In this document: in pieces, positions 35,719 to 49,900 of the stretch
Position numbering within the stretch: position 1 is the first letter of the stretch
Layout: the number at the start of each line of letters is the position of its first letter
From: Tubiluchus corallicola
Taxonomy: Eukaryota; Animalia; Priapulida
DNA length: 64,000 bases
NCBI GenBank assembly: GCA_030141605.1
Contig: JAQGDQ010000618.1
Coordinates: forward strand, 62,001 to 126,000
Direction of reading: 5' to 3'
Notes under the pieces: model-generated
The model's input: the letters and a program-made list of their open reading frames with translations, nothing else
Database searches by the model: none
What the model was told of the DNA's origin: nothing
Position numbers and translations under genes: made by a program

Positions 35719-36999
35719 AATATTGTCACGAGTACAAATATGGACGGGTGGGCCTGTGCGGGCGAGCTAGAGGGTAGATCCGTCTGAAGGGACCCCATAA
35801 TTTCATTAACCTAGGACCCCACAACGTGGCCCTGCTTCTGTCAATAAAAAATCAGTTGTGAAAATTCTATTTCGCAGGACATGCGTTTACAATTTACGTT
35901 TTGTACTGTAACCACTTACCCTAAGTGACCATTGACATCGTTTGTATGTTAAAAAGTCCAGAATCTTTTTACATAATCTCAAAACAGTAAAGCCAACAAA
36001 AATGTGGTTAATTATTATTATTATTTTTACACTGTACAATAAACAAGTTAAAGACAGCCTTACAAGGGCCCAAACCGACAGTCAGATGTTATATAAAACA
36101 AGGTTCTCTAAATAAACACAGTAATACACTGCTGTCATAAATCACATACAACATACATGCAATAATACATAGCATAAATACTATATACGTAGCAAAGTAA
36201 AATCTTTTCAACAGGCATAATAATAACCTGATAACTTCCGGCATTTCTCTGTAAAACAAAGCATAAGTAGCGCCGCCCCTTGCTACAACATGCACTCTGC
36301 ATAGCAGCTACATCAAATTCAACTTCTATATTTTTGCTGATTTTTTTAATGACGTGTACACCGTACACAAACACATTAATATCTTTTTTTAACAATGTAG
36401 AATATTTTGTTTGCAATTTACACATCGTGTTAATAATACAGCTCGCAACAAAGCAATAGCAACATTGAATCATGTCTAGGTATGTACCCAGTAATTCGGC
36501 ATTTAAAAAGACACAGTATGAGGCCATTTTAAACATTCTATCCTGATTATAATTCATAACCACATACAAAGTATAATTGAGAGGAACACATGATTCGCTT
36601 GTACGACTAGACATTAGCGACATCAACATTCGAAATTGTGCAGCACCGACAACTTGAAAATATTCGTTCTTGCGCAACATACGACAATAAAAACAAGTTG
36701 AATTCTTAGAAATGTGAAAGAAGCGTCATCGCACGTAATATTACCTAAAGCAATTTAATTTAATTTTGGAGTAAGCGTAACTTTTGGGTAAATACAGAAT
36801 GGCATATGCAGTTATTTATCCAACACCATTTTCAAATTCGTAGAAATGTTTCTCTTTTAATGCACAGCAATGCACGACACAGAAATTAAAAATAATATTT
36901 ATATTTCTATTGAAACGTTCACACTTTAGCAGTCACGAGTCAACAGTATGTTTAACAATGACCGAGGTCAACTAAAAATAGAAACGGGTGTTTCAATAG

Positions 37000-37405
37000 C
37001 AGCAGCGGATACAGAAAAAGGGTGGGCCCAACGAAAAAGCAGCTAGGGGATCTGGGGAACCCCGGCTACCAATGCATTTTAGTGCATTTCAGACAATTTT
37101 TCTTACTATTTCCTTAAGCAAACTTAATAGTTTAAAACTCATTATGTCACCTCAAACAAAATAGCATAAAATTGCACACAGCGGTTATCTTTGCCAAAAA
37201 CTTCAATTATTACTTAAAAGGCACAAACGTTTTTACACTGAAATCATTAATGCAGAACTTTTTACTCGATAGTAAGCCAATGAAAGCTACCACTAAACGT
37301 TCTAAAGCTTATAATCCAGAGAAAATATTCACTTGGTGTGCTGTAACTGCTACGATGAAAGGGTGAGCACAGCCCCCTTGGGCCCACCCCCAAAATCCGC
37401 CACTG
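37000..37405. mobile_element. MITE with CAGYRGCGGAT TIR
   Basis: cagcagcggat...gggtgggccca / ggcccacccc...atccgccactg. Confidence 0.6.
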
Positions 37406-37488
37406 GATAACAATATGAAACACACAGTGAGACACGATCACATCCCTACGATGGCACGGTCAGAATGTTAATACCGGGTGAACGTTGA

Positions 37489-37845
37489 GTATTGTGTAGA
37501 ACAATGAATTCATCTTCACCACGACCCTGTATGGTGTAGAACAATGAATTCATTTTCACCACGATCCTGTATTGTGTAGAACAATGAATTCATCTTCACC
37601 ACGACCCTGTATGGTGTAGAACAATGAATTCATTTTCACCATGATCCTGTATTGTGTAGAACAATGAGTTCATCTTCACCACGACCCTGTATGGTGTAGA
37701 ACAATGAATTCATTTTCACCATGATCCTGTATTGTGTAGAACAATGAGTTCATCTTCACCACGACCCTGTATGGTGTAGAACAATGAATTCATTTTCACC
37801 ATAATCCTGTATTGTGTAGAACAATGAGTTCATCTTCACCACGAC
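37489..37845. repeat. 40-bp minisatellite (~9 copies) with alternating A/B variants
   Basis: gtattgtgtagaacaatga.ttcatcttcaccacgaccct alternates with gtatggtgtagaacaatgaattcattttcacca.gatcct. Confidence 0.95.
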
Positions 37846-37968
37846 ACCGCATTTACGAATAAAATGGAGTCGCGGATCATTCGCACATTGTTGATCAAAT
37901 GTTAATGAATACGTTTCAGATCTACGGTCACAAGCCACAGTGATGCAGTACGAGCTGTCAGTGAAAAA

Positions 37969-40900
37969 CTACGAGCTGTCAAGTAGAATTTTGTGAGCTG
38001 CACATTCAGTAGGAAGTATGACCACACTGACACCTGAATCTGAGCTTAATCCCTCCTGTAACAATGACAAAAAAAACTCATGTAAGAGTCATCATTCGAT
38101 TTCATTTACTTAAAGTTAATAATTTGCCATACGATCTTTTCATAGAACTCAGCAATGTAATAAGACGTTTATGAATATGAACAGAATTATGCAATTTGAT
38201 ACAATCTCACAATAGCAAATGACCAAAGAAAAATTTTTTAAAATAAGCTATCCATGTCATTATAAGAAGACAGAATCAATTTAGATTCAAATCTCCAAAA
38301 GAACACTGTGACCATCTAAACCTGACTATATTTGGTCGAGTGCGGTTAGCTCATGACAATACTTGCAAATCATTGCGCTCACCTGCGACTAACTACACGT
38401 TTGGCACATGAGTTAATTAACTATGTCATATGATCACTTGATCTGGCCATGCCCACTTTTGAAAAAATACTTAATGTACATGTGCAAAAACATCTGCTAC
38501 TCGGGTTTTTACCCTACAAGTTTCGTTATTCTAATTAATGTAGTTTTAGAGTTATATGGCATTACACATTCTGAACGGCAATCCAGAAATTGACCGATGT
38601 CCAGCATCGTTGATAAGGGTTACCGTTCATCAAACCACATTAAAATTCCCACTCCAGACACAACTAACCTGTAAGTTTCGTGATTCTAACCCTCTGTGTT
38701 TGTAAGTTAACATGAATTTAAAAAGTGGAAAAGTGGATGCCTAACACAATGAAATAATCAGAGCGAGAGTTCTCCTAAATCCACGATGCTGGTGCTCAAG
38801 GGTCCAAATTAGCTACAAGTACATGTATAAACTTTAGAGCTAAAGAAAAAGTAGTGATAGTACCTGAGAGATTAGCTCAACTAGTGATGTCCCTAAATGA
38901 AAATAAACCAAACTAACTTGTTACTACTAAAATTCTAGCAGCAAATTGTACTAATTTTATCGTAGACTGAATTATATCACAGTTGCTTCAGGTTCCAAAT
39001 TCTGTATTCAGAGATCAATAAATAAATAAACATTTAAATTTAAGTTCACTTTACACTAGGCGTTATGCGGGCATATCCGAAAAAGCATAGAATAGCTTTC
39101 ACTAGGTCTATCGCGACTTAATTTATTAGTTGAAACTGATCTTTGGGCGAGGATACCAAGAGAACGGTGCAATCGAGCAATCAAAGCGAAAAACATGTTT
39201 TATGTAGATGTAGAATTACCGCTGACTTAAGAGATGACTCGAACTTAAACTTTGGTACTATATGTGACTTGTTCAAACGTGACTTATCTAGTGTCTGCTC
39301 TTATGCAATATCAATTTTAAATTGCATGTTATATTGTACAACTACTGCATATTTTTAATAAAATATTTCCTAAGTACTGTGTGCTGATTGTGTAAATAGT
39401 TTAGATAGTTGTGTGCAATTTTTATTACCTTTATAGATAAGTGTTTTTACAATGCTACGATAAACTATATACTATAAACTATGCTATATACTTTAACAAG
39501 ATAAGAAATAATAATGTTTAAATTAAAAAAACAAGTAATTTGAGCACTGCAAGCATTTGAAACACTTACCTTTGTGTAAAGTGCAAAACATTTTGAGCAA
39601 AGTAGGTTCAATTCTGGATCACCATAGAAACTGCATCCGTTCACTCGACATCTAATGCCACTGGATTTCGACTTCGGCGTTCCAAGTGAATCGACGACAG
39701 TGTCTTCCCTCTTTTTAACAGGTGCTGGCGCCTGTTTGACACTCTGTTGTTCCGATACTGACAGACTAGGCAAAAAAGCCATGTTGTCAAAGTCCATGCT
39801 GAAAGGCGTGTCAACGTATGAAAGGTCTTCATTGGCTACGAATGTACTGTCAGTACTGGTGGAAGTAAAATCATCACTCCTGGCCGAAAAAGGAGAAACG
39901 ACACGAACGTTTTTTACATTTTTCCTCCTACTGGGCGCCTGTGTGTCATCAGTGAAGTCAATAAGGGAAGTAGTAGAGGCGAACTCATGTTGCATCTCAC
40001 TGGATAAGTGACTCTCTGTTAATGCAGATGTTCTTGCCTCTGAAAGAATAATGAAGCCTGTTTAACTAGGGCTGGATTAAGACCTCACGATGCACTAAAC
40101 TCTGAAAAGATTACGGTACCCGCACATATGCAGTAAAAACAATACTAAACCGTAAAATGAAATTTTATGCTTTGAAATGAAAAAAAAAATTTACTTTCAG
40201 TAAGATTTATATACAGTAAATGCTAGGGTATCTGGCACTTTACACTGCATAAAAAGTAACATTAGATTAAAAATACAGAATTAACTATAAATCTTATAAA
40301 GCAGGGGAGTGCAAATTGCGGCCCGCCGAGAGAATTTGTGCGGCCCGCGAAGAGATTTGTCAACCTAATGAAAGTGCGGCCCGGGCGATTAATTGAGTGT
40401 ATCCAGCTGAAGTCCGTGCCATTACCCAAAGATACTGCGGGTAGTTTTTTCTACTAGATTGGATGCCATTAACCCTTATAAGACGGTTGTAGCTTAATGT
40501 CACTGTACTACACAGACTGTGTGATACCCATTACTAATATGCATTGTAATGAAATGACCACTATCTGTCCTGAAAGTAGAAATATATGGTTTGTAATATA
40601 AATTTTAATAAATTGTAAAATAGTTTCTTTAGTGTAGTAGTAATGATGTACGCAGGTCGGATGCAAAAAAATCGTTATTAGGTCCTACTATACTTGGCTC
40701 CTTGACCAAACTGCCTGTGGCCCGCAGGAATTGCGGGAATGTTTAATGTGGCCCGGTTAGTCAGATAATTTGCACACCCCTGTTATAAAGGGACAGCTAT
40801 TTCGCATATCTACCGCCACGCATACTTAACTTTTGTGTAATTATTCCATTTGAAAAAACTGTCTTTCCCTGAGGCATTAAGAACATGTTTACTGTGCTTA

Positions 40901-43900
40901 GTGGTGATTCCAGGGACAAGTTTAATAGAAGGGCTATATTCGTCTGGTGATGCAAGAACCAAAAGTTATAGCACTGACTTAAATCACCTAGTTTTTCGTT
41001 TTGTTTTTACGGTTCAACTTGTGCCTAGTCTCTTTGCATACACGCTGTATTCTAAAATCGTTCTTAAAGCAAAACCGGACTCAATCTTAAACTGTAGGTC
41101 AAAACAATCTACTCGAAATATTGAAAGGAAACACACCATTTCTTCAAAAACGACTTACGTAAAACAATTATTACCACACAAATGCAATTTCACGTTCGCG
41201 CCACTAGTTCTTCGCTGTTACATGCATTTCGACATACACTGCTTAGACGAGCACTAGCGCCTGCATTTCGCAAATGCATTGCACAAAAAAGGTGCTGTAC
41301 CTCTCAGTTCAGATGTGTAAGTTTCTGATGAGCTGCAACACAGTTTGTGATGAGCATGGATACTTTTTAGTTTTCCTTTGTTGAGTTTTCTAAGTTTACT
41401 CTACTTGATGCAACACTAAAGACGTACAATGGCGTCATAAATTCAACTTCAAATAGAATCAACACAAGCTGTAGATAGGTAATTGACAACACCTAATTAG
41501 TGCACTATAATACATGATATGGTATAATATGGTATCACTATAATTTATTATTATATTATATGAGAAAAATTCATTATTGGAAGTGGGGTGTGGACAGCGG
41601 AGAGAATCGTTGAAAAGTTGGAGTTGATCGTTAAGGAGGAGGTGCTGAAAATACTTTTGCCTAGGGGAGTCAAACTACCTAGAACCCGATCCTGTATGGG
41701 ACGCTTCACTTTCTTGCTACAAATAAAGAAAGTTAATAAGAAAAATTAAAATTAACTACCTCGTACTTTGCGCAGTTTTTTCAAGGCCGAGTAACAATCA
41801 ATACACAATCCATTTTCCAGGCTAACTCCGCTACTCTCACAGCCTGGTCCTATACACGTTCGTTTTCGTTCCTGTGCTGAGTCAGCGGCAGGCTTCGCTC
41901 CCTGATTCAAAAAACGAAACCTTGGCATTTGATAAATTTCTTGTACTAAACTAGCAGGTACTTTTGAAAACTCTTCCCAAGAGGGCAGCACTGATTCGCG
42001 AGCGTCCGTCTTCCACTTAGTCCTATTTATGTCTACACCTTTGGGGGTTTCACACGAAGCGGATGCAGCGAAACTTTGATGCACATTTTGCACTTTTTCA
42101 CCGTTACGCTCTGTCTGTTGTTGCAAGCTAAGCGAAGGATTAATGGAATTAGTACCAGCAGAACAAAACTGATAATAGCACAAATCACAGAATCCCTGGA
42201 ATAGAGCTGTCCTAGAACAGTTTGATTCTTGACAAGGAACGAGTTGTTTAGCACACTGTTCATTGTTTGAAGCACCATTGTTTAATAATAATTCCTTACT
42301 GACATTAAACCGTTGCACATTTGCGAATCTATCGGCACATTCGTGGCAGTACGGATATGTCCATTTGCTGCTGTAATAAGAGCAGTCCGGGGTATGACAT
42401 CGACTCTCTGTTACGCTCATTTCGTAATCCGTGAAAGACGAAAAATTCACCGTTTCCCAGTCTTGCTCTTGTGACGGATTTTGTTGAATGCTTGCGGCCG
42501 TCTTAGCCGGCTCATTCGCAAGTATGTTATAATGCAACGGTTGTTTAGTTTCGCACAGCCTCTTCAGGATTCTCAAATATGACCTCATCACGTTTAATCG
42601 TTCGCCGAGCTCGTCTGGTATTATTTGTGCGGCAAGAAATCGACACGCCAGATTGTCCGGCTGCAGCGGCACTTCGCGCACCAACAAGTACTTTTTCACG
42701 TAGCGAAGCCAGTTAGTTCTTTCAGACGGAAGCATGAAGTGTAACGTTAACGGTTCCAAATTTGCCGTTACCAAAGGAACCGAGTATTGCGCAGACGATT
42801 TCTTTACAGCTGATGACAACATGCTTCTTGACTTGAATAGGAGTGGCACAAAATGACTTCCATTGTAACCTAGTACAACAGGAGACTTGACACATTGCTT
42901 ATCATCAACTAGCAGTGGCAAGTATATTCCTAAAAATAAACATGATATCAATGCAGTTTACTGTAAAACAGGATAGAAAATACAGAAGGGGCCTAGCCAA
43001 GTTCTAAAGTTAGGGGCGCAGCAAACATATGAAAAATATGTAACTATATCATTTACAGATTATATATACTATATCATTTATATAGTTATATGTAACTATA
43101 TACATGTCATTTATATGTGATAAATAAAAATTGTCCTTCCTTCTTCCTAGTGCAGTAATCACGTAGGTTATTGTGATCATGGTGATTATTGTGATCACTG
43201 TGATTACAGTGATTAATGTGATCACGGGCTTGAATCTCCTCTACTTAATTGGTCGGGTATTGCATCCTGCTTACGATGTCGTCAGAAAATGCATCTTGTG
43301 CATGAGTCTATCGCATAAATCATAAGTATGATTTACTCTGTACATTTTGGACATATCCATCTGCCTTATAGGACGGACGTATGAATACATAACTAATAAG
43401 AAAGTAAATAACTGCTATTTTGTATTTAAAATTAAAACGCAAAAACTTTTACAGTAAGCTTATCTTTATGTAATGTAATCTTTTGTAAAGTTTTACACAA
43501 ATGCGTTATTTAATTATTTTAATTTTAAAGTGTAAAATTATAATTTTAATTTTAAAGTGCTGTCCCTTTATAAGATTTATAGTTATCTCTGTATTTTTAA
43601 TCTAATGTTACTTTTTATGCAGTGTCAGATGCCCTAGCATTTACTGTAAGTAAATCTTAGTGAAAGCAATTTTTTTTCATTTCAAAAGACAAAATTTCAT
43701 TTTACAGTTTAATATATCACATTAAAATAGCTAAAATAAAAACAAAATGAAACATTGTGTAAAAATGTATCATGAAAGAACTACAACAGTCTCTTTCATT
43801 TAGGCTTCATTTTTTAGCAAAGTAATCTACAACTTTATTATAATCCACCTCACTAACCAACTCTCTAGCAACGCAGCACAAAGATAACCTAAATAATCTA

Positions 43901-46900
43901 TCCTCGCCCACTATAGAAAGAAGGTAGGACTTCATCTGTTTCAGCTGACTAAAGGATTGTTCAGCAACCCCACAGATGAATTAAAAAATTATTGAAAAGA
44001 TGCGCCAATTTTGAAAAATGTTTTAGGGGGAGCGGCTGCTCCGCCCATTGTAACTACACCACTGAGAAAATATCGCAGAGGTAATGACAAAACAGAGAAA
44101 CTTCCAACTCTACCTGAAAAGTACCAGTTCTACCTACCTGAAAAGTAATTTGGTGCAAATGCATCTCCTTGCAAAGAGCGCACCACGTTGTCTGCCATAA
44201 CTATTATGGGGCGCCGTAGGATATTAGCAAGGACGAATATGTGCAGCTCTTCTAACGGCAAGTACGGAAGACTGCTAAGCGAAGCCTGTTGTTTTTGAGG
44301 ACTTGCTTGTTTCGCGACAACGTCCCATTCTTTCTTCCATTCCTAAAACAAATTGTAGTGCGAAAAGCTACATAGATACAGAATGATTTCACAGTCAATT
44401 AAAACTACATAGATACAGAATGATTTCACTGTCAATAAAATGCAACTCTAAAAACTTATTCATATGATGAGCTATTAGAATTATATGCTTACATTACACG
44501 TATACTCCAGGCCACCACAATGTATGTCATTATCTTTTCTTTCTCTGTCAGCTTGCCATCTGACCATATACCTGCTCTCAATATCATTGACCAACGCACG
44601 ATAGACTAGCGTTCTTAGCAACAGGTGGTTGTCATGGAAACCCCATATAAAGATGGAAGCAGCATGCATGAGACAATTACCATCACCTGGAGAATTAAAA
44701 TATACACTGTTTAATAAATAAGACTCTCTGTAGTTGCTTCAAAATCAATGGATAAGGCAAAAAACTCCATGTTGTTCTAGAGACTGCTGCTTCAGCATGA
44801 CTTGATATTTCGTTTGCAAATTCTTTAAGTTTATTTTCTCACTCTGGCTGTTACGCTAGTAAAATCCTATAACGCGCTTCGGTATAGCTCTAAACCTTAG
44901 AAACTAATTCTGTCAAGCGGTACCAGACGTTTCCATGAAGTTAAAAATGAGCACAACCCGTAAGTTCAGTTTAAAACGTTTAATTTAGTTGTCGTTCAGT
45001 TACCACTTTATAGGTGTATTTATTCAATAATAATTTTACATACGACTTCTAAACATTTTGTTATATACTATATAGTATATAATACAAAAATTCTGCAGTC
45101 TGAAAAGATGGAAACAATTGTCGTGTGTGTCCCATTAGTATTAATTAACATAAATTTTACCTACAAATAACAAGTTCCATCAAGAATTTTTAAATTGTGA
45201 AACTTTTTTGTGCAAATCCTCTCAAAAAGGGCGAGCCATTTGGGGTAAGTAAAAATATAAATACCTGTCCTAAAAAACTAAATTCATATGCAGGTAACTG
45301 TGATAGGGGGTACCTGAAGAAGTTTTAGTACCTGAAAACAGTTTTCTGGCAGAGAATTCCACAGATAAGACACCCGAGGAAAAAACTAGATTTATAAGCA
45401 GTTGTTTTGCATCTCATGTCAATAGGTATATACAGGGTGCATAAGATTATGGATATGTACAAAATAAATAAAATAGCTTATTTTATGGATTTTTGAAATT
45501 TTATTTTATGGATATCAATAAAATAAGAAATAGACTATATCTGGAACGAGATGCCCAGGCGGAAATCAATTAAAAAGTAAAAACAGGAGGCCTGAAACGT
45601 GTTTTTAAACACGCAGGACTTAGTTTTAATTTTATCGGTTTCGTATCACTTCAACTTTAATCAAATTTTACGAGACAATGCCTTGTAATTCACCACTTCA
45701 GTTCAAATTAATTCATCTATTTGGTACGAAATGTAGAATGACCTCTAGGCTGAAGTTTCCGATCCAATGCCTGTATTCAGTTTTGATTGCCTTATTTTGT
45801 ACAAAAAATCACAAAAAATAGTTTTTTATTTTATGCATTTCTTATTTTATGGATTTTTCAAATTTTATTTTATGGATTTTTGGTCTTATTTTATGGATAT
45901 CCATAATCTTATGCAGCCTGGCTATATACAATTGTTAACTTCACTTTCTTCCTTTTAAAACAGTTTTATTATTTTCATTTCACTTAGCACATAATAGACG
46001 CGAGGTCGCAACATATACAAAAGAAAATTTACGTCATAAATCTGGGATTTTTCTTTCATTTTCCTTTCTAATAAAGATATGAAAACCTACACTCCGTTCA
46101 ACTATTCAATTTCTCTTTCAATTGAGCCGTGTTGCAGTGAACTTAATGAAAAACAGTCTCGAGAACGCTCGCGGAAAATTTCCCAGAGCTTGATGGATTT
46201 TACCCGACAATGAAAGCGGCTCATTAAGATAATGGATTTCCCCGTTTGCAGAGAATTATGGGAAGTTCTGGTCACGTGATCACAGAAAATTTTCACGTGA
46301 CAAGATAGCAGTAAGACATTATCAGCTTACTCGAAGCTCACAAGTTTTTGAGAATAGAGAGATTTCTTTGCAAACAAAAATTAGAATATTCTCAGCCTTT
46401 GTACTTGAAACTGTATTTCTATAGAACTCTGAACTCTGGACATTAAAAGCAAATCATAAAGCTAAAATTGATGCGTTTCAAAAGCGAAATTTCAGAAACA
46501 TTTTCTGTATCAGATGGCCAAAAAATCTCAAATAAAGATCTACATGAAAAAATAAAGAACTTCCGACATGCAAAATTAGAAGACGCTGTTCAAGATGAAT
46601 TGGGCATATGCTTAGACTACCTGATGATATTCCAGTGAAGATAGCTCTTCAACAAGCCATAGAACCAGCTAAAAAACTGCAGGGGGACAAATGTTAACAT
46701 AATTAGATTTTGCACAGAAAGATTTAATCACTACAGCACTGATCCGTAGAGATAAATCCACTTGGGGCATTGCAGCGAGTAGGGAGTCCTGGCATCAGGA
46801 AGTGACCAGAATCATGTCCCTGGACGTATGATTCATCTAGTAAGACTGATAACGACATTTTCTATTCAACAAGGAAACAGACTGGAAACCTAATTATAAA

Positions 46901-49900
46901 ACGCAAAAGCAACTCACATTTCTACGTATCAGTAACAATGAATAATAGCTAAGCATTCACAAGTAGACACAGTTGCCTACTACACAAAATGCTAATTTTA
47001 TTTGTCTAGTTTTTAGTGTCTTTACGGTTGGTTATAAATCCAGCTTTTCCCCGGACCTCTTATATGTGTAATTATTATTCATCAGAAAACTGTTTTTTAT
47101 TAACTGCGATTAACCCCAGGTCCCCAGGCCGCTCTATCGGTAGCATATTATTATTATCATTATCATTATTGTTTCGAAATTGCAGTACAAATTTCAATTT
47201 GTTAGTACGTAGCATAAAAAATACGAATATTAACACATTGTAACAACTTAAACAAAAAGGCACAATAAATAATATAGCAGTTCATCAAGGGAGTACAATA
47301 AAAATAATTTATTACTTAATTTTGACATTCTAGTACCAGATTAAGTTCATTTCTGCTCAAAAATTCAAAATATTTTCGCTCGAGTGCATTCACAATAACT
47401 TTCGCAAAGAACACACGACAATTCTGCTCATTTGTCACATTTTGTAAGCACACATAGAGACAATCTGTCTTACATGCGAAATTGCACTTTTAGCATTACA
47501 CACATTGTGATTGTTGTATTTGTATCTCAAGAGTTGTGAGTTATAACCAAAAGTAGAGTTTGCAGAATTAATTGGACGTTTTAGAAAAAAGTTTACGAAA
47601 CAGTTTTGACTAGCAAGACACGTTGCATAAAATTCAGCAAATCTAATATTAATCCGGTAACTAGGTGGTATAATTCTGTTAATATGCGGTAGTATATATC
47701 TGCAAGTAAGATACGGTAAGTGTCATAACTTCCTAACGCCAATATTCCAGGCTTCCTAACACCAATATATAGCTACATTAGTTGTATTTTTTCTACTTGT
47801 ATTCAGACAGGCGATTTGGTACAAAAAACTCAAAGATAAAAGTTTCTAGACATGTTTCTTAATTACACTTGACATTTCACTTTAATTTAATGCAATAAAA
47901 CTATTTTTCAAGACATGTTTTCTTAATTAAACTTGACATTTCACTTTAATTTAATGCAACTAAACTATTTTTCAAGGCATGTTTCTTAATCACACTTGAC
48001 ACTTCACTTTGATCTAATGCAACTTAAACTATTTTTCAAACATGATCTGAATATTTTGGACTATTTTATGACCATTCGAGGTGGCTTATGAATGCGACTA
48101 CCCTGGCAGAGCGCATAACCTTGACGGCTCCTACAACGCGCGTTTATTATAGTAACAGTACAATAGCAGCTAGCTCGGGAAATCCCCACAAACTATTTGA
48201 GCTTTGCAATCGATAATCAAGTCTGCGCCGCGTGCATCAGAGCAGAATCAGCTGACTGAGTTCCACACGGGAAATTCCCAATTCCTAATAGAATCGTTAA
48301 CCTCCAAATAGTCGCTGTAAACTACGTATATCTCTCAGTAAACATTGTAGTGATGACAATCCAAAACGGTAATTTACCCTGATAAGCTTTTTGCCTCCCC
48401 GTCTCTCTTCTATTTCATTTTTTGTTTGCGTTCGAAGTGTAAACATTAGAGATAAGTAAACTTTTCATAATAATAAACAGTATTTACTTTGCATAGCGTC
48501 AAAACCTATGCAAATAAGCTAAAGGTTGCACTGTCAAAGACGCTTCTGTTAAAAAATATCTAAAATTATCTAGACACAATACGTACTTGTTACTAATGAA
48601 AAATTGTGACCAAAAGCGGTAGTTATTACACGATGCCTATTGTTACTATTCCGGAAAGTGCGTTATACAATGATACAGGGTTCTCACACAATTCTAGAAT
48701 GAATTTTCCTGACTTTTCCTTGACCAAATATTGATTTTCCATGACCAAGGTAAGCAGAAATTGTATTACCAGTGCATATATTCAAACATTTCAGCATGTA
48801 TGTGTCAGCACAGTGCCAATGGTGCTAATGAAATTATACTAATCACATTAAATGAACTTTCTTAATCCAATCATTACTTTTGAAACAGAAATCGAAAGTT
48901 GGAGTCCGCATAACAACATTTTAATTGAACATAAATCGGTTAAAAATATGTTTGGAAAAATATCGGCTCACGGTGATTACTTCTGCAACCCTTTCAAATT
49001 TACCTGACTTTTTGCCGCATTTTCATCATTTTCACTGACTCTTCATCAAATCATCTTTTCCCCTAACTTTCCCATGACTTTCCAGGATAGCGTGTGTTTT
49101 CAAGGATTTTCCCTGACTTTGGAAACCTTGATGATGAATTTCATGATTCACAATGATGGCTTTCATGATACATAACATGTATAAGGTAGCGTGATAGTGT
49201 TTTACTTGTCTCATTGCACAAATTTTTCGTATTATAGTTTTAAACATATAAAAGTCGCTTATATTAAAGCATGCTTTTTAAACAAACTTTTGATTTCTCT
49301 GCCAGAATCATGTGTCTTAATCTCGCATTCCTTATTTTGACGCTATTTAGCGGATAAATATTTGCGTCTTTTTGATAGTTATAACAGTTTGATAAGTGAA
49401 ATTTTTAACAGTGATTGTATTTTTTATCTAAAATTTATCAATATAAGCTATATATACAGAAAACATCTATTAAATCTAAATCTTTAATCTTGTACATGTA
49501 TTTTTGCCAAATTTTGTTAAGGTAATATTTTATTATGTACCATAATAAAATAAATAATTTATTATGGTGGTATTTTACGTGTGTATGATGCGGTAGCTAC
49601 TGTATATATGTTTTATTGTATGTGTATGCTAACATTATAGATTTTACCTGAAACAAAGTGAATCTTGTCCTTTATATCCTTTTCTAGCTATTTATAAGCA
49701 TTTACTGAATGTAGGAAAGTTTTGTACAACTATGCTTGACACTGGCAACCTTGATACAGGTAAATTTAGTACCAGGAAAATCTATTACAGGGAATATTTG
49801 ATAAAATGAAAATATGGTAGCAGGGATGTTTAATACTCATAATATGTAACACACGGAAATTTTGGTACCGAGAAAATTTCGTATTAATAAACTTAGGCAC

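Noticed and set aside
41301-41332. Possible microexon of the OTU gene
   Set aside because: The open frame needs a phase-2 entry but the upstream exon ends in phase 1; flanking exons join directly in frame.
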